From contig NC_092672.1 in NCBI RefSeq assembly GCF_964355755.1, forward strand, positions 18,551,237 to 18,615,236: DNA of 64,000 bases. The letters run 5' to 3'. The notes under the pieces are model-generated. The model had not been told where the DNA came from. It did not search any database and saw only the letters and a list, made by a program, of their open reading frames with translations. Position numbers and translations under genes: made by a program. This document shows, one piece after another, positions 40,427 through 54,200 of this stretch. Source of the stretch: Antedon mediterranea. Lineage: Eukaryota; Animalia; Echinodermata. Every line of letters begins with the position of its first letter. Position 1 is the stretch's first letter.

Positions 40427-41500
40427 CAGGCCTCGAATTTTACCGCGGCCACCGCCGTCGGTGCCCTCCCAGTTGGCCTCAATGCCCTCGAAAATGAATA
40501 GCACCCACGGCCACTACTGGCCTGCCCTTTTTTTTGCGTTGGCCGCGAGTGCCCTTCCCGAGTTTTACCACAATAAAAACCACTGAATTAGATAGAAAAT
40601 AATGTCAAGAAGATTTGTTTACACGACTCGGACGAGACGCAAAACTATCGCCTGAGCTGTCTTCGTTGCAAGGGGATTTCCCTAAACGCATTTATTAATA
40701 CACAAACAGTAAACAAAACATCGAACATTGCAATAGGGAAACCAAAATAATATCATCCCGGCCGCCGTGCGTGGTAAATCATGGTATAGATAGTACATTA
40801 AAATACAGGGGTGTAAACTTTAAATAATCAAGCTAAAAACGTTCCTCGATCGGAGGTTACTGAAAGTATTAAAGTCACACAATAATCGAGCTAGCCGCCT
40901 TCGATGAATAAAAAAATTACACGCACTCCTAGCCTATCCTCCTGCCGCCGATCCGGTCGAACGCACGCAAATTCAATGAATTGGGAAAACAATTCTATTT
41001 GACGCACACGCACCCTCTGATAAGAAATTTCACACACAAAACGTTTATAATTTACAGTCCCTTTCTTTTTTATGCAAAAAATAAAGAATACTAAAATCAA
41101 ACATTGAAAAGTCATTTTGTAGTTTTCATCAGGTTATTTAAAAAATAATGATTTAGCTTATAAAAAATAAAAAACAGTAAATCAAATAAAAACCCATTGA
41201 ATTTCAGACAATGGGCTTCCAGTTTACTACTTTTATTTTATTTAGTTAAATAATGTTTCGTTTCCATCAATTTTTTGTCTATTGTGACATTAAAATGGCT
41301 TATTCAATAATAAAAAAAAGTGTGGGGGGGGGGGGTTATTTAAGCCTTTGATCTTTAACCTGGTTTCTTCAGAAGAAAGCACAGATTAAATGTTATTTTA
41401 AAGCTTTAACCGCTCTTAAATGTCTTAATTTCAAATTCTTATATTTTTTTTTAAGATGCATATTATACTGTAAATCTAAATTTCTAATCTTTGCCCTGTT
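40427..41500. mobile_element. Probable truncated hAT-like element (right end not found)
   Basis: Abrupt GC/CpG-rich start CAGGCCTCGAATTTTACCGCGG with repeated TGCCC subterminal motifs. No matching TIR located. Confidence 0.4.
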
Positions 41501-41780
41501 TTATGTTTTTTATCATTAACTATTATATTTGTTAGTGTTCATGAGACCCGATTCAGTTGGATGGATCCCCCTTTATCAATGATCATTAAATTAATTTCCA
41601 CACAACAAAAATTAGCTATGCATTTCATTTCATAAGCAACACATTATATACAGTAGATAAAACAAAGTAGGCAACTACTTAAAAATTGTTCATTTCCTTC
41701 AGGGCAGATAGAGGGCTCACTATTAAATTTCCTTATTGTCATCACAAAAAGCTATCAATAAATTGTTTTAGTTTTAATAC

Positions 41781-41893
41781 CTTAAGAATGCATCAATGTT
41801 TGCTAAATCTTCAGCAAATGCTTTCTTTAGTTGTTTAAGTAATTCAAGATGATCACTGCCAATTACTTGAATGTCCAGTCCAATACTTCCTAC
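41781..41893 (-). CDS. TMCO6: TMCO6 coding exon 3 (VGSIGLDIQVIGSDHLELLKQLKKAFAEDLANIDAFL)
   Basis: Acceptor ttttacag, donor AG|GTATT, 113 nt, phase 0 to phase 2, in frame with both neighbours. Confidence 0.82.
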
Positions 41894-42258
41894 CTGTAAA
41901 AGTATACCAATGTTATATTAATAGGTTTAATTATGCAAACACTTCTGTTTTTCTGTTGCAAGAGACTCAGACTCCTGCATTTTAGACTCGTCTCTTCCGG
42001 CTTAACATCGTGCTTCGTCTCAGGTTACAAAGAACTGAAATTTGATGTTCTAAGAATGTTCAAATACGAAATTTAAGCCATTGTACTGCCATTTATAGTA
42101 TTTTTTTCCAAACATCGCCACCATGACTGCTTATTACATGTTCCTTAATCCTAGAGGATATGGACATAATTTAGAAATGTGTGGCATTTATCAATATATG
42201 CCTAAATTTTTGTTTAAGCTAAAATATTTAAGAAGTGCATAAGCAAATTAAGCTTATT

Positions 42259-43746
42259 CTACGCTCGCGCTAAGGTCAAATTTTCGTTTGCCAAAATGGC
42301 GAAAGGTTTTGAAATACATTAGCCAAATTGAAAATCCTTTAGCTAAATTTAAAAAACCATAAAAATTCGAAAAAATGTTTATTAAATAAATAATGCATGT
42401 ATTTTTTTTATATTTTATTTCTTTTACATTTATATTATTATTAGGTATCCCAATGAACCTGATTTTTGTTACAGGGATTTTAACACGTTCGTGAAATTTC
42501 AAAAAGTGACGTGTCTTTGAAGTTAAAAATATACTATTTCTTATGTACCCATGCGAATAAAAATTATATGCCTGAAAGATCTTGTTTAAGGGATTATTTT
42601 TATATATTTATAATCTATGTTTATTAAATATTTTAATAGAAAACGCGAGTTAAAAATGAAGTACAAAAGCCGGCGAGCCGAAATCCGTGCGCTAAAAATA
42701 ACTTTGGAAAACATCTACCCATTTTCGCACTCGATCGCACGAGGTCCATAATAGGTGGTGGAGTAATTTTTGTTGCATGTTATCAGGCTTTAAATACTCT
42801 TTATTCGCTTATTACTAAATTACCGTCGCCCAGGCAATGTGCATGGTATGCATGTATTAGCGCGTTAATTAATGATTGGATAACCCCCGCAGTGGACTGT
42901 TCCATTTTCTGAACTAGTCTTCGCCGCACACGAGGCATGTCGAAAAATGTCACCTCTCATCATGGAATATTTGCTTCGAAACGTCAATTTTACCGATTTA
43001 TTAAATTATTTAATAATTGGAATATTTATCAATCTATTATATAAAACAAGAAATGTACCGCAGAAATTTAAGAAGCTTTGAATTTGCTATGCAGCGGCCG
43101 TAACCCATTCTATGTAGGCGGCCGAAACGCGCTTTGGCCATGGTTGCCGTTGCAGTATACGCTGTTTCTTAGCTATTCAATTTAAAGCGCAACTTTCGGT
43201 TAGAATAATCGAAAGGGAAATAAAATTAAACATGTTAACATTATATTATTGAGGTAATTACTTTGTTAAATTTAAAATTCCCCTTTTTAAATAACAGAAC
43301 AGCCTCGTTTACGGAAGTATTCGTCCACATGTTTCTGTTTACATTTTCTTCTCGAAGTTCATTTTCAACGTCGAAGAATAGGGACTTCCCCTTTTATTCG
43401 CTAATCATCACGTTGACGACGGCCGGCCACGAACCAATCACATTAACTGTGTGTCATTAAAACGTCATCGAGGCACGCTCTGCGCATGTTTAAACAGAAC
43501 TAAAACAATTAACACGGCGATCGTGACGTCGTCACATAAAATGCTGTTGTGGTAAAAAGTGTACCCGAGTCAGAAAGTACCGAAGTGTGGCGAATTCTCG
43601 CTCCCATAAGAAGTCAAGCCAACCAGGCTAGGCCTAGGCTTGGAAATGTATTTTCGCCAATTTGGCGAACGAGGCAATATTTATTTTCGCCAAATGGAGA
43701 CTCCAGTCGCCATTGGCGAATTGGCGAGCGGTTAGCGTGAGCGTAG
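42259..43746. mobile_element. hAT-like MITE with 5-bp TSD (hAT5-type) in TMCO6 intron 2
   Basis: TTATT|CTACGCTCGCGCTAA ... TTAGCGTGAGCGTAG|TTATT, with subterminal TCGCCA/TGGCGA arrays. Confidence 0.75.
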
Positions 43747-44210
43747 TTATTTATCAAACCGCCTTTAAGCAGAAAAATTGGGTAAAATTTACTTTGCGCA
43801 TGCGAGCAACAAGTTATGTCTTAAGACGAAAAATCCTCTTACACGTGCACATTAGCTTTTTCTTCTTACCAACGCATGTTCCATTATGAACAAAATGGAT
43901 ATCTTTAGGCTTAGAGTTAGCCAAGTTCAACCGGACATAATAGCGATAACATAGACGCACCTTAAACCACATATTATTATTGTTTATGTCCGAGAAACTA
44001 TCCATTTTAAAATATAGTTCAATCTACATGACGACCACAATGAAAGTATTTGGCTGTATTTGGCATAAGACCCAAACTTCTGCCCAGATCAATTTCGACA
44101 ATCGCTGTTAGAGTTGTTTATCATCCCCATGAAATAACAATTTCAACATGTGTGAACATATTGTGAACAATTTGAATACCATGCGTCAAAAACACCCTGA
44201 TGAAAATTAC

Positions 44211-44308
44211 CTGTTCCACAGTAAACGTTGTGCTTGAGACTGTATTTTCTTCTTCACAGCGAGCACGCTTTGAAAATACCACATTTTTCCTTCTTTGTTT
44301 CCGCAAAA
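44211..44308 (-). CDS. TMCO6: TMCO6 coding exon 2 (VLRKQRRKNVVFSKRARCEEENTVSSTTFTVEQ)
   Basis: Acceptor ttttctttaaag, donor CAG|GTAATT, 98 nt. LRKQRR..SKR matches the importin-beta-binding-like motif of TMCO6 (recalled human LRKARREQQLVSKR). Confidence 0.85.
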
Positions 44309-45762
44309 CTTTAAAGAAAATAAAATTTAAATCATGTGATACATTAAGGATTATTGCCAAGACATATTCACACAAAAGAAAATTATATAGAATGTATTTT
44401 ATCGCTTTTTTGTGTGAGCCAAACGGCAATAGTGAAACCAAATGGTGAAAAAATATTGTCTTATTCACCAAATTGACGAATATATTTCACCTTGTGTAAT
44501 TAGAGACATATTTTCAACTCTGAACAATGTGGTTTTGTGTCAAATGTATGTGTTCCAAATTTGTAATTTTTTCCTCTTTTAATCATTTTTTTTCCCCGCT
44601 GTTCATTAAACTGTAGACGGCACATTTAAATTATGTGACCGATATGACACAAAAGTGCAGGACAAGCTTTTTCCAAACAAAAACTTAAAAGTTTGAGATT
44701 TAATGTATGTAGAGATGCATTTTGAAGAATAAAACCGCATGATATCATGATTAACTAACTTTTTACAATATTTTCAATAACAAAAGTCCTGTTATGAAAT
44801 ACATACGGGGCGATCATAAAAGTGAAGATGTACGATCGGGACATGAGGTTTTAGGGGGTTGCCTGAAACATTTTTATAAAAATTAACAATATCAATGTTG
44901 TTATTTTTATTTTTGAATGATGAATTTTCAGTCTCTATCCCACCAAAGTATCGGGACACGATTTTAGACACTTACTGAAGAATGACCCATATATAATATT
45001 AGAAAAGGGGAGAGGGGGCCCTCCCTAAACCCTTCCCTGCACCTCAATGTTGAACAATTCGAGGGACACCACCAGACAAGTGCGCGTACCTATTGTCAAA
45101 GAATATATATCACAAGAATGAGTATTCCGCGATTTTTGCATGAGAAATTTGTAACAGAAAGCTCCAGAGAGTGATGCCCGCCCTCATAGGGCGGATGTAT
45201 ACATACTAAATAAGACTTGATTTAATTATACATGTCACATTAAATAGAATTATGATAATATATTTTGCAAATTGTAAACTATTTTATAATACATATTTAA
45301 TAACAAACTAGTGTACATTCACTTTTACAGACAATTATATACTAACATGCTAATTAGTTCACAAAAAAGGCGAAACGAATTGTTACTCAGCACGGCCTAT
45401 TATTTACCATTGCCGCGTACTACTCTACGCCCGGTAAATTAAGTATTGTTTTTATGATATAAATTAGTATAAAATACATGTTATTAACAGGATAAAATGT
45501 TAAATATCATTAACATTTATTTGTTTTACCAGAAACAAGTTAAATATAGGAATATTATTAAACTATCCTTCGTGAAAACGCGTAAACACCAACACGCCCG
45601 GTCACGCTATCGTAGCGCCCGGTTGATAAAGCGAACTGTTTATACAGCAGTTTTTACTAAATAAATTGCATAAAACGAACAATTAAATATCCAAACAGCA
45701 TTTAACATGATGTTGGCATGTAGTTGATACATTTTTTATCATGAAAATACTACCGGTGGTCT

Positions 45763-47848
45763 GGTTTACGATGAAATCAGTCGCGTCTGAAATCGGTCGC
45801 GATAAAATCAACTTCCGGTATTTTGTATGGCGCGCCACTAGAGCTATACGTTTGATGATATCGGTCGCGTTTGAAATCGGACGTCGCGTTTGAAATCGGT
45901 CGCGCTATTTTGTATGGAGCGAGATACATGGTAGCGGGATATACATTTTCTTCGTTTATAATAGTCTAGATTTAATTGAAATTTTTTATGTAGAAACTAG
46001 ATTATTTATGTGGATATTTTTTATTTTGGTTAACAAGTATTTATTATCAATCTTTTTTTTTTTTATTTCACAGGTCTCGGAGAAGGACTGTGTCTTTTCA
46101 AAATTAATGGCCATTTCTAAACACGTTTAAATATTTTATTAGGCATATAATAATTTACCTCTATTTTATTATGTACTGTAATTAATATATTATATAGAGA
46201 ATATACTTCTGTGTCTTTTATTATGCAAATAATTACGTCAATAATTGTTACAATGTGTAGCCCGTAAAGCCAGCGTATCCATTTTTATACTTATGCATAC
46301 TGTGGCAGATATATCATATCCATGTCATTAACAACTTACTATTCAATCACCTTATTTTTATTTCTATTTTATTTATGTCCGTACGTTATGTAGGATAATA
46401 TTAAGTATATAATGATTATTGTTGAGGCAAATCACGTGTATATTTTAATTTCTAATGTTTAGGCCTAAAATAGTTTCTAGTAAAAATGATTATTATATGC
46501 GGATCGTTAAAAGGCGAGTTACTGAAATAAACCCCGAAATAAGCCAAGGATGCGCCTTCTATGATCGTGCAGCCGTTAACTGCACGTTATTTTGCTGACG
46601 GGGATTCTCCTTTTTAAAAAAAAACATGCAAGTAGTGTCAAATCATGGACAAAACATGTACGATCGTTGTCCATGGCCAGGTAAAGATGACGTATAGGCC
46701 TATTACTAATAACCATACGTTTGAAACATCTATAGGCCTCCTGCACGTGTTTTTGTGAAACCTAGTTCCATGGTGAAACGATATATAATTTACGTATATA
46801 CGTCGGCGATACTATAGTTTTTAATTTGAATATTTTTTATTTCTTTATTTATAATAATCATTTAATGTAAATAATTAAGTACCACTCAGTGTCACATCCG
46901 TACGCCGTTCGTAAATCTAAATGTTTAATAGAGAGGTTTCGCAATCTTACGAATAGGATAACGAAAACGGATACGTCACGCACACGTATTCGTTTTCGTA
47001 AGCCATAAAAAAATCTGTTTCGCATGGCAACGAAATATTGAGGCGCATCCAAAATATGACTGTGGTAAAATTGAGCGAAGCGCAGGTACGTGTTGCTTGG
47101 TGCTTGGCTGCCTAGGCCTAGCGTAACATCAATGCGAGTGAGGACTTTAAAAACTGCTATTTATCAAAATTGACTTGGCCTTTTAGTAAATTACTTTAAT
47201 AGTAAATTACTTTCAATAAATCTATAATTATATTATAATCATGAATCATTCTTGATTCAAATGCAAAATGTGCAAAATAGATCAAAAACTATACTCGTTT
47301 TGTAGTTACGAATATGACTGGTGATATTCGTCAACACGAATACGCTTTACGAATATGAAAGGGGGATCAGCTCAAAAGTTTCACAAATGTATGACGTATC
47401 CGTTTTCGTTGTCGTATTCGTAAGGTTTCAAAACTTTAAACAGTGGCATGCTAATCTTTTCAAAAACTTTATTCAATAAAACTTTTTAAAACGATTTTCT
47501 AAACGAACACATTACAATTATTCATTGACACCTGTAAGATAAAATGAAAACACATATTATTTATAAATAATGAGATAAATCTTTATATGTACTGTACTTA
47601 CAAAATAATAACAATCGAGGTAAAAAAAAATGTTAATAGTATCAGAAATTCTATATTCAAAACTAACTAAAAACATAATTAGCGTTTTCATTAAAAATTC
47701 CTCTGGGCCTAGTGCGTCCCATGCAAAATTGCGCGACCGATTTCAAACGCGACCGATATCATCAAGTATTAGCTCTAGCGGCGCGCCATACAAAATACCG
47801 GAAGTTGATTTTATCGCGACCCATTTCAAACGCGAACGATTTCATCTG
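45763..47848. mobile_element. Nested long-TIR element (Mutator-like)
   Basis: Inverted repeats of about 130-140 bp built from GAAATCGGTCGCG units (45770-45915 vs 47720-47846). GGTGGTCT on both sides is a possible TSD. The right tip appears damaged. Confidence 0.65.
46930..47437. mobile_element. Innermost MITE of the nest (superfamily uncertain)
   Basis: Inverted repeat CTTACGAATA(G/C)GA(T/C)AACGAAAACGGATACGTCA near 46946-46978 and 47393-47424. Confidence 0.65.
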
Positions 47849-48345
47849 GGGTGGTCTAGCCTTTGATTAGTGAAACCGTCACAAAAAGTTTATACATCCC
47901 AGATACATCCTCACTTGGCGGCGCCCTACCACATGGACAATATTACTGTTACAGGGAAAATGGCGGATTACTCATTCTTGTGATATATATTCTTTGCTAT
48001 TGTTCGCTGGATGGTGCATGTGCATTGAAAAGTGTAGTCCTCCTCCCTACGTACTCAAGGTTGGGTCTCTGACACTGAAACTACGAAGTAAACACGAATG
48101 ATTGCTGACTGTATTATATCCCCCCGAGGGGATGGCACCCCAACCCACACCCCTACTACTAGCCTAGACTGTACTCTTCTAGCTAGTAGACCTCTAGGCC
48201 TACATCATTAATAAATTAATCAATTTTCGCCTAACTTCTAATCATTTAGGTTAGCCAGGCTGAGCCAGGCAGGCTATCCAAATCCACTTTAAAAAAAATA
48301 AAATGCCTCATTCTATTATATATTAATACGAAATTTTGAACACAC

Positions 48346-48427
48346 CGATTTCTTCTTCTCTCTTTTTATCTCTTATCTCAGCAACTTCACTTGTTGGTGA
48401 ATGTTTATAAGAGGTTTTTCGGTCCAT
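48346..48427 (-). CDS. TMCO6: TMCO6 coding exon 1 (MDRKTSYKHSPTSEVAEIRDKKREEEI, IBB-like start)
   Basis: ATG at 48427, 82 nt, phase-1 GT donor (GTGTGT). Joins exon 2 in frame (G+TT = Val). Confidence 0.8.
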
Positions 48428-48729
48428 TTAACCAGTGAAACAACCAAGGTCAACTTCTACACTGTCTTTTCTATTCTAACTGTATTGTTTGTAGCAAAAG
48501 TACACTTTATCTTTGCTTGTAGGTGTCGACTCACATTCCACATGTGGTGTATCATGCATAATACCACGTGATCGAGAGGTCGCATCGCATTCCTCTTTCG
48601 TCGTCTTTTGAAAATAAATTCAAAATCCAGGGAAACAACGAGGAGGGAGGTGTATGGAACATTAATTTTCTCTACTTCTCTACGGAGCGCCATTTATGCC
48701 TTTATTTACTTCCGAAATAGAAATAGTAA

Positions 48730-50730
48730 ACTGGTCATGTGGATCAAATTTGGCACCGGTGAGCACAGTCATATAGAATAGAAATAAGGCACTAATTTAA
48801 ATATATTTTTATATGTTAATACACTGTGCTCAAGTGGACCAAATTTGGCACAAGTGGAGCAAAATAGAAATAAGTTACTGAATTTGAATATATATTCATA
48901 TATGAACCCAATTTGGCGCCAGTGAAACACAGTGATATAAAATAGAAATAAGTACGTCACTGCATTTTATCTTTTTGTATGTTACTGTGCTCAAGTGGAC
49001 TTAATTTGGCGCCAGTGGAACACAGTGATATAAAATTAAATAGGAAAGTCACTTAAATGTTAATATCTTTTCGTATGTTAATGCTCTGTGCTCAAGTGGA
49101 CCCAATTTGGCACAAGTGGAGCATAGTGATATTAAATAGAAATAATTCACTGAATGTTCATATCTTTCGTATGTTAATACACTGTGCTCAAGTGGACCCA
49201 ATTTGGCAGGGGAGCACAGTGTTTGTATGTTAATACACCTGTGCTCCAGTTGATTGGCGCCAGTTGAGCACAGCGATAGTCACATACAAAAACATCGACT
49301 AAAAATACTTCTGGAATTCAAAAATATCGGTTAGCCCATCCGTAATGCAAAGAAAAATTAGGGTTCAATCTACTTCACATTGATTTAAATAACTTGCGTT
49401 TGTTTGAGCCTAAGTTAACAATATATGAAAGAACATACAATTATTATTCACACATTTATTAAAACTCTAATAATGATTTTGACAAAACAAAAACAGTTCA
49501 GTTCTAACAATCGTAACGTTGAAGTTGAACTCGGTTCAACTTCAACAACAAAAATTGAAGATTTTTAATGTTGATTTCTACCCCCTCTACGTACTCAAAG
49601 TCTCTGGCAATGAAACTACTACTATACGGAGTAAACACGAATGATTAACTGACTGCATTATATTCCCCGAGTTCCCTGACTGGGTGAGGGGGATGGAGCG
49701 ACAGACTATAATATAAGTAGTACTAGCCTAGACTGTACTCTAGTAGACGTTTAGGCCTATCATTAATAACTTAATTGAGCACAGTGGATCCAATTTTGCG
49801 CCAGTCACATACAAAAACTTTGAGAAAAAATACTCGAATTCAAAAATATTTCAAACTTGGTATATGTTCAATATCGGTTACTTCATCCCTAATGAAAAAG
49901 AAAAATAGGTCTTAAAGTCATCAGTGATTTTTGTAATTTGCGTTTGTTTAAAATGTATATTTATGATAGAACATATAGGCTTTCTCCAACACATTTTTTT
50001 TAACTTAAATTGTTGTTATCGTCATTTTAAATTTGGTAATATACGTTCTAAGGTTACTACACGTTCAATATTATAGAATTGTATATTCTTTCATAAGTAT
50101 TTCTCTTAGAAAAACGCAAGTTACTAAAATCATCAATGTGACTTGAAACTAATTTTTGTTTTGCATTACGGATGGAGTAACCAATATTGAACATACCAAG
50201 TTTGAAATATTTTTGAATTCCAGAAGCATTTTTTATCGATGTTTTTTTGTATGTGACTATTTCGCTGTGCTCAACTGGCGCCAAATTGGATCAATGAAAC
50301 ACAGTGTATTAGCACACGAAAATATATTACTATTTATTTCTTTTTAATTAAAATAAAGAAAAATAATTTTTGGTATATATTAAATTTAAATTGCTCACTT
50401 TACAGAAAAATCCGATTCCTAACCGTTTTTTGGGTCAAAATCATTATTAAGAGTTTTAAAAAATGTGTCAGGATTCAATTGTATATTCTTTCATCAGTAT
50501 TTATCTTAGACAAACGCAAGTTATTTAAATCACTGATGGCTTGAAACTAGTTTTTTTGTTGCATTACTGATGACGTAACTGATTTTGAACATACAGGTAT
50601 ATACCAAGTTTGGAATATTTTTTAATTCGAGAAGTACTTTTTCTCGATGTTTTTGTATGTGATTATTTTACTGTGCTCAAAATGTGCGCCAAATGGGTGG
50701 TCCACTGGAGCACAGTGTATTAACATACCG
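48730..50730. repeat. Degenerate hairpin-containing tandem array (about 90-100-bp period) with direct and inverted longer segments, upstream of TMCO6
   Basis: Repeated ACTGTGCTCAAGTGGACCCAATTTGGCGCCAGTGGAGCACAGT. Segment 49260-49490 recurs directly near 49780-49990 and inverted near 50060-50310 and 50420-50725. Confidence 0.8.
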
Positions 50731-51235
50731 TAAATCTTCTAGTAACGCTGGGTTTTTCTTTTATTGTTTTTTAGGGTGGGTAACTATTAGAGTAGTGGGA
50801 CTATCACTAATCTTAAATTTGGGCACCTGGAAATAACCCACAACCAACTTTTTCGGTGCAACTCATAGCAAAATAATAAAACAGTACGAATAAACAAATT
50901 TGGTAGAACTGTAACTTTATTTTATAAACTCAAAAACACTCAATCCTCCCCCACTCCTGAGATCAACATGCATTATCTCCTTATTTTAAAAATACGGCTG
51001 CATCATAAGTTTTTGTGACTATTATTAATTATAAGGTGGGTCACTGGGGTCACTATATTAGAAGAGGGATTACTATTATTAAAGTGTGGGTTATTATTGC
51101 TCTAGACACATCATGTAACCATCTGATAGAGGGCGTGTTTGTGCTATAAAGTAGGAGTCGAGCGGTTCGAGTTCGGCCTCTCCTCCTAGCATGCACTCGC
51201 TATATATTATAGTATTATAATTATAGTATTATTAT

Positions 51236-54200
51236 TAGTGGAGTCTGTTAGGGCTGAAATAAGGGTGTTTGGTTCAGTTTCTTCCAAAAGCACCAAATTT
51301 GGTATACAGGTTGCCCACCCTATACAAATTCAATTTTTGATGGGCGCCAAGCAAAATTACCCCTTGGGTCACCTAATTTGCATAATTTAAAATGGCGGAC
51401 ATTTTCGCTTATACAGTCTATATCTCTAAAAATACTGGTCATAGAGAGTTGATTTTTAGCCCAAAATGTTCATAATGAAGTATTTTTGAAAAAAATGACC
51501 GGAAGGACCAGTTTTAACCTTTGACCCATATTTTAAGGCATTGCCATATCTCAGTAAATAGTTGTCACAGACAGTTTATTTAAGTGTCAAATTGTTCAGA
51601 ATATATATGTTACTATTTAATTTAATGAAACATTTTATCCAAAAATGACCGGAAGTACTCAGTTTTGCCTTTGACCGTTACGGTGTAATTACCAACCTTG
51701 TTACGGTTAATATATTTTGATATCCATAAAACTACTTGTCATAGAGAGTTAATTTTGGTGTCAAAATGTTCAGAACATAAACATTTCTATTTACTATAAT
51801 AAAGTTTTTTCTCAAATAATGACCAGAAATACCATATTTGACCTTTGACCTGTTTTTTTTAGGCAAATTGCCATATCTCATTATTGGGTTGGAGTGGAAA
51901 GTTCATTTTGGTGTCAGATTGTTCAAAATATATATGTTTCTATTCTGCTTAATAGAAGATTTTTCAAAAAAATGTCAGGAAGTATAGTTATTGACTTGTT
52001 AAATACATAAAATTTATAAATTTGTTCAGTTTATTGTATAGTTAACTGTATATTTATGATATTATTTTGCAACCCACTTTTGAGCACTTGTCAAAGATGG
52101 CTGCTTGCATGTGCAATTGAACAAAGTATACTGAACAAAGTTGAATAGATTGTCCTATTTGTAGTGAGTCTAGAGTAATGTAAATGAGAAATGAGAAAAT
52201 TGTATATACAAAAAATACCCAATCTCATCTAATCGAGTACTTAAATGAAGTCTTCCACATATTTAGCAATAATGTGTAGGCCTACTGATGAAATCCAGTA
52301 AAAGTTTTGTTTTGGAAAGTTAGTGTTTCCGTCACTTGTGTTTGCTGTTGCATAACAATTTCATGTTGCTACATTTCTCTTTGTTGCCATAACACGAACA
52401 ACCACTGAATGGGGAAAAGACACCGAAGATTTCTGTCCTCCAGACCTAAGTCATCCAAGGACCGTCCAGCTTGGTGGTTCTCAAAGATTTTCAAATAAAA
52501 AAAAAAAAAAGAAATCGACCATATACAGTAATCATCTAGAAGAGATTGGATGAATAGGAACAGTTTTGTTACTAATGACATGTTACGCTCTAGTATCCTC
52601 TTTTTCATATATTGCCCTTTTTTCAAACTTAAAATGAACTCTGTATTGCATGTCCTTGACTATGTGAACAATGCAAATTTTATGAATGGAAATGTTGTGC
52701 AAAAATCAACAAAAAGGTTTAGCCTCATTTCTAAGAAACAATATCATACTCAAGCTCAGAACATGATGGGGCATTTCGTCTTTACGAGAACACTGAAAAT
52801 ATTACAATTACCATACATGTGCTTATGGTGACTGAACCAACCAGACTGTTCAAGGATTGCTAAAGAAGTTTGAATAAGCAATTATTTTCCAAATACTCGA
52901 TATGAGAAAGGACACATCATTCAATACTTTGAAAATGTACATAAAAGAAATGAAAGTAATAAAATTAAATCTGTTAATGAGGTTAAAACAGCTCATCAAT
53001 ATATTATGTTACACAAGCCAAGAGTTGTTACCAATTCCAATATAACAACAATTTAACATTTACTAATCAACCAAAAATCAAGTAAAAAGGCAATAATGAA
53101 AAAGATGATACTAAGGCGTAATGTCATAAGTAACAAAACTGTAATACCCAAATCGTGTCCAGATGATGGCCAATTTTTTTTAAATTTAAATTCGAGAATT
53201 CTGCCAAGTTTGGCGGACCAATGATTACTTTAGGTCTGGTGGAAAAAAAATATATTTTTCAGTTGTGGTTCGTGATATGGCAACAGTAGTCTAGTTTTTA
53301 TATTGTGCATCCCGAAAATGTCCATCCTTTTAATTAGTAGGTTATACCCCAGTTTGAAGGCCCTTTAAAGAAAGACACTCAGCGAAGAAATGCAATATAG
53401 GACAATTACCCTGAATGTAACAACCAAACAAACACAAGTGATGGAAACACTAACTTTCCAAAACAAAACTTGAATAGATTTCATCAGTAAACATTATTGC
53501 TAAATGTGTAGAAGACTTCATTTAAGTACTCGATTAGATGAGAATGAGATTGGGTATTTTTTGTCTATACAATTTTCTCTCATTTGCGTTACTCTAGACT
53601 CACTACAAATAGGACTATATTCAACTTCATTCAGTATACTTCGTTCAATTGCACATGCAAGTAGCCATCTTCGACAAGTGCTCAAAAGTGGATTGCAAAA
53701 TAATATAAATATACAGTTAACTTGAACAAATTTATAATTTTATGTATGTAACAGGTCAACTGTACTTCCTGACATTTTTAGTCGCGTGGAAGCGACTCTA
53801 TAGTTCACTATGTCGGTCGGTTGGTCGGTCTGTCTGTCGGTATGTCTGTCGGTCTGTCTGTCTGTCTGTCGGTCCGGTATCACTATGCGTTTTATCGCTT
53901 TCTGACCTTATCTTGATATCAGTTTAATCTAGCTAGGTCAATTTTTCACAGTATATTCCTTATGGCCAGGAATCAATATGGTTATGTTTTCACGGTGCGC
54001 AATAAAAAATTACGCGGTCTACGCACGATTTAACGAAATCACGTTTGTAATCATATCTTCACAACCATGAATCACAATTAAATAAAATTTGGTACTCATA
54101 AATTTCAGGGCATAAATCATCACATGGCAATACAATTACGTGCGTAGCGCATGTAACGCATGCGTACGCGCGCTTAAAATTTTCAAAATTTATTTTCGAT

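Larger units (their letters stand above)
45097..47996. mobile_element. P-element-superfamily-like non-autonomous element in TMCO6 intron 1, hosting nested elements
   Basis: CTATTGT|CAAAGAATATATATCACAAGAATGAGTA ... TACTCATTCTTGTGATATATATTCTTTG|CTATTGT, 28-bp perfect TIR and 7-bp TSD. Confidence 0.88.

Noticed and set aside
47480-47550. Strong minus-strand acceptor in TMCO6 intron 1
   Set aside because: Stop codon within five codons in the required phase, and it lies inside a nested transposon.
52350-53420. Transposase gene in the centre of the foldback element
   Set aside because: Only short ORFs under 100 aa with no recognisable catalytic motifs.
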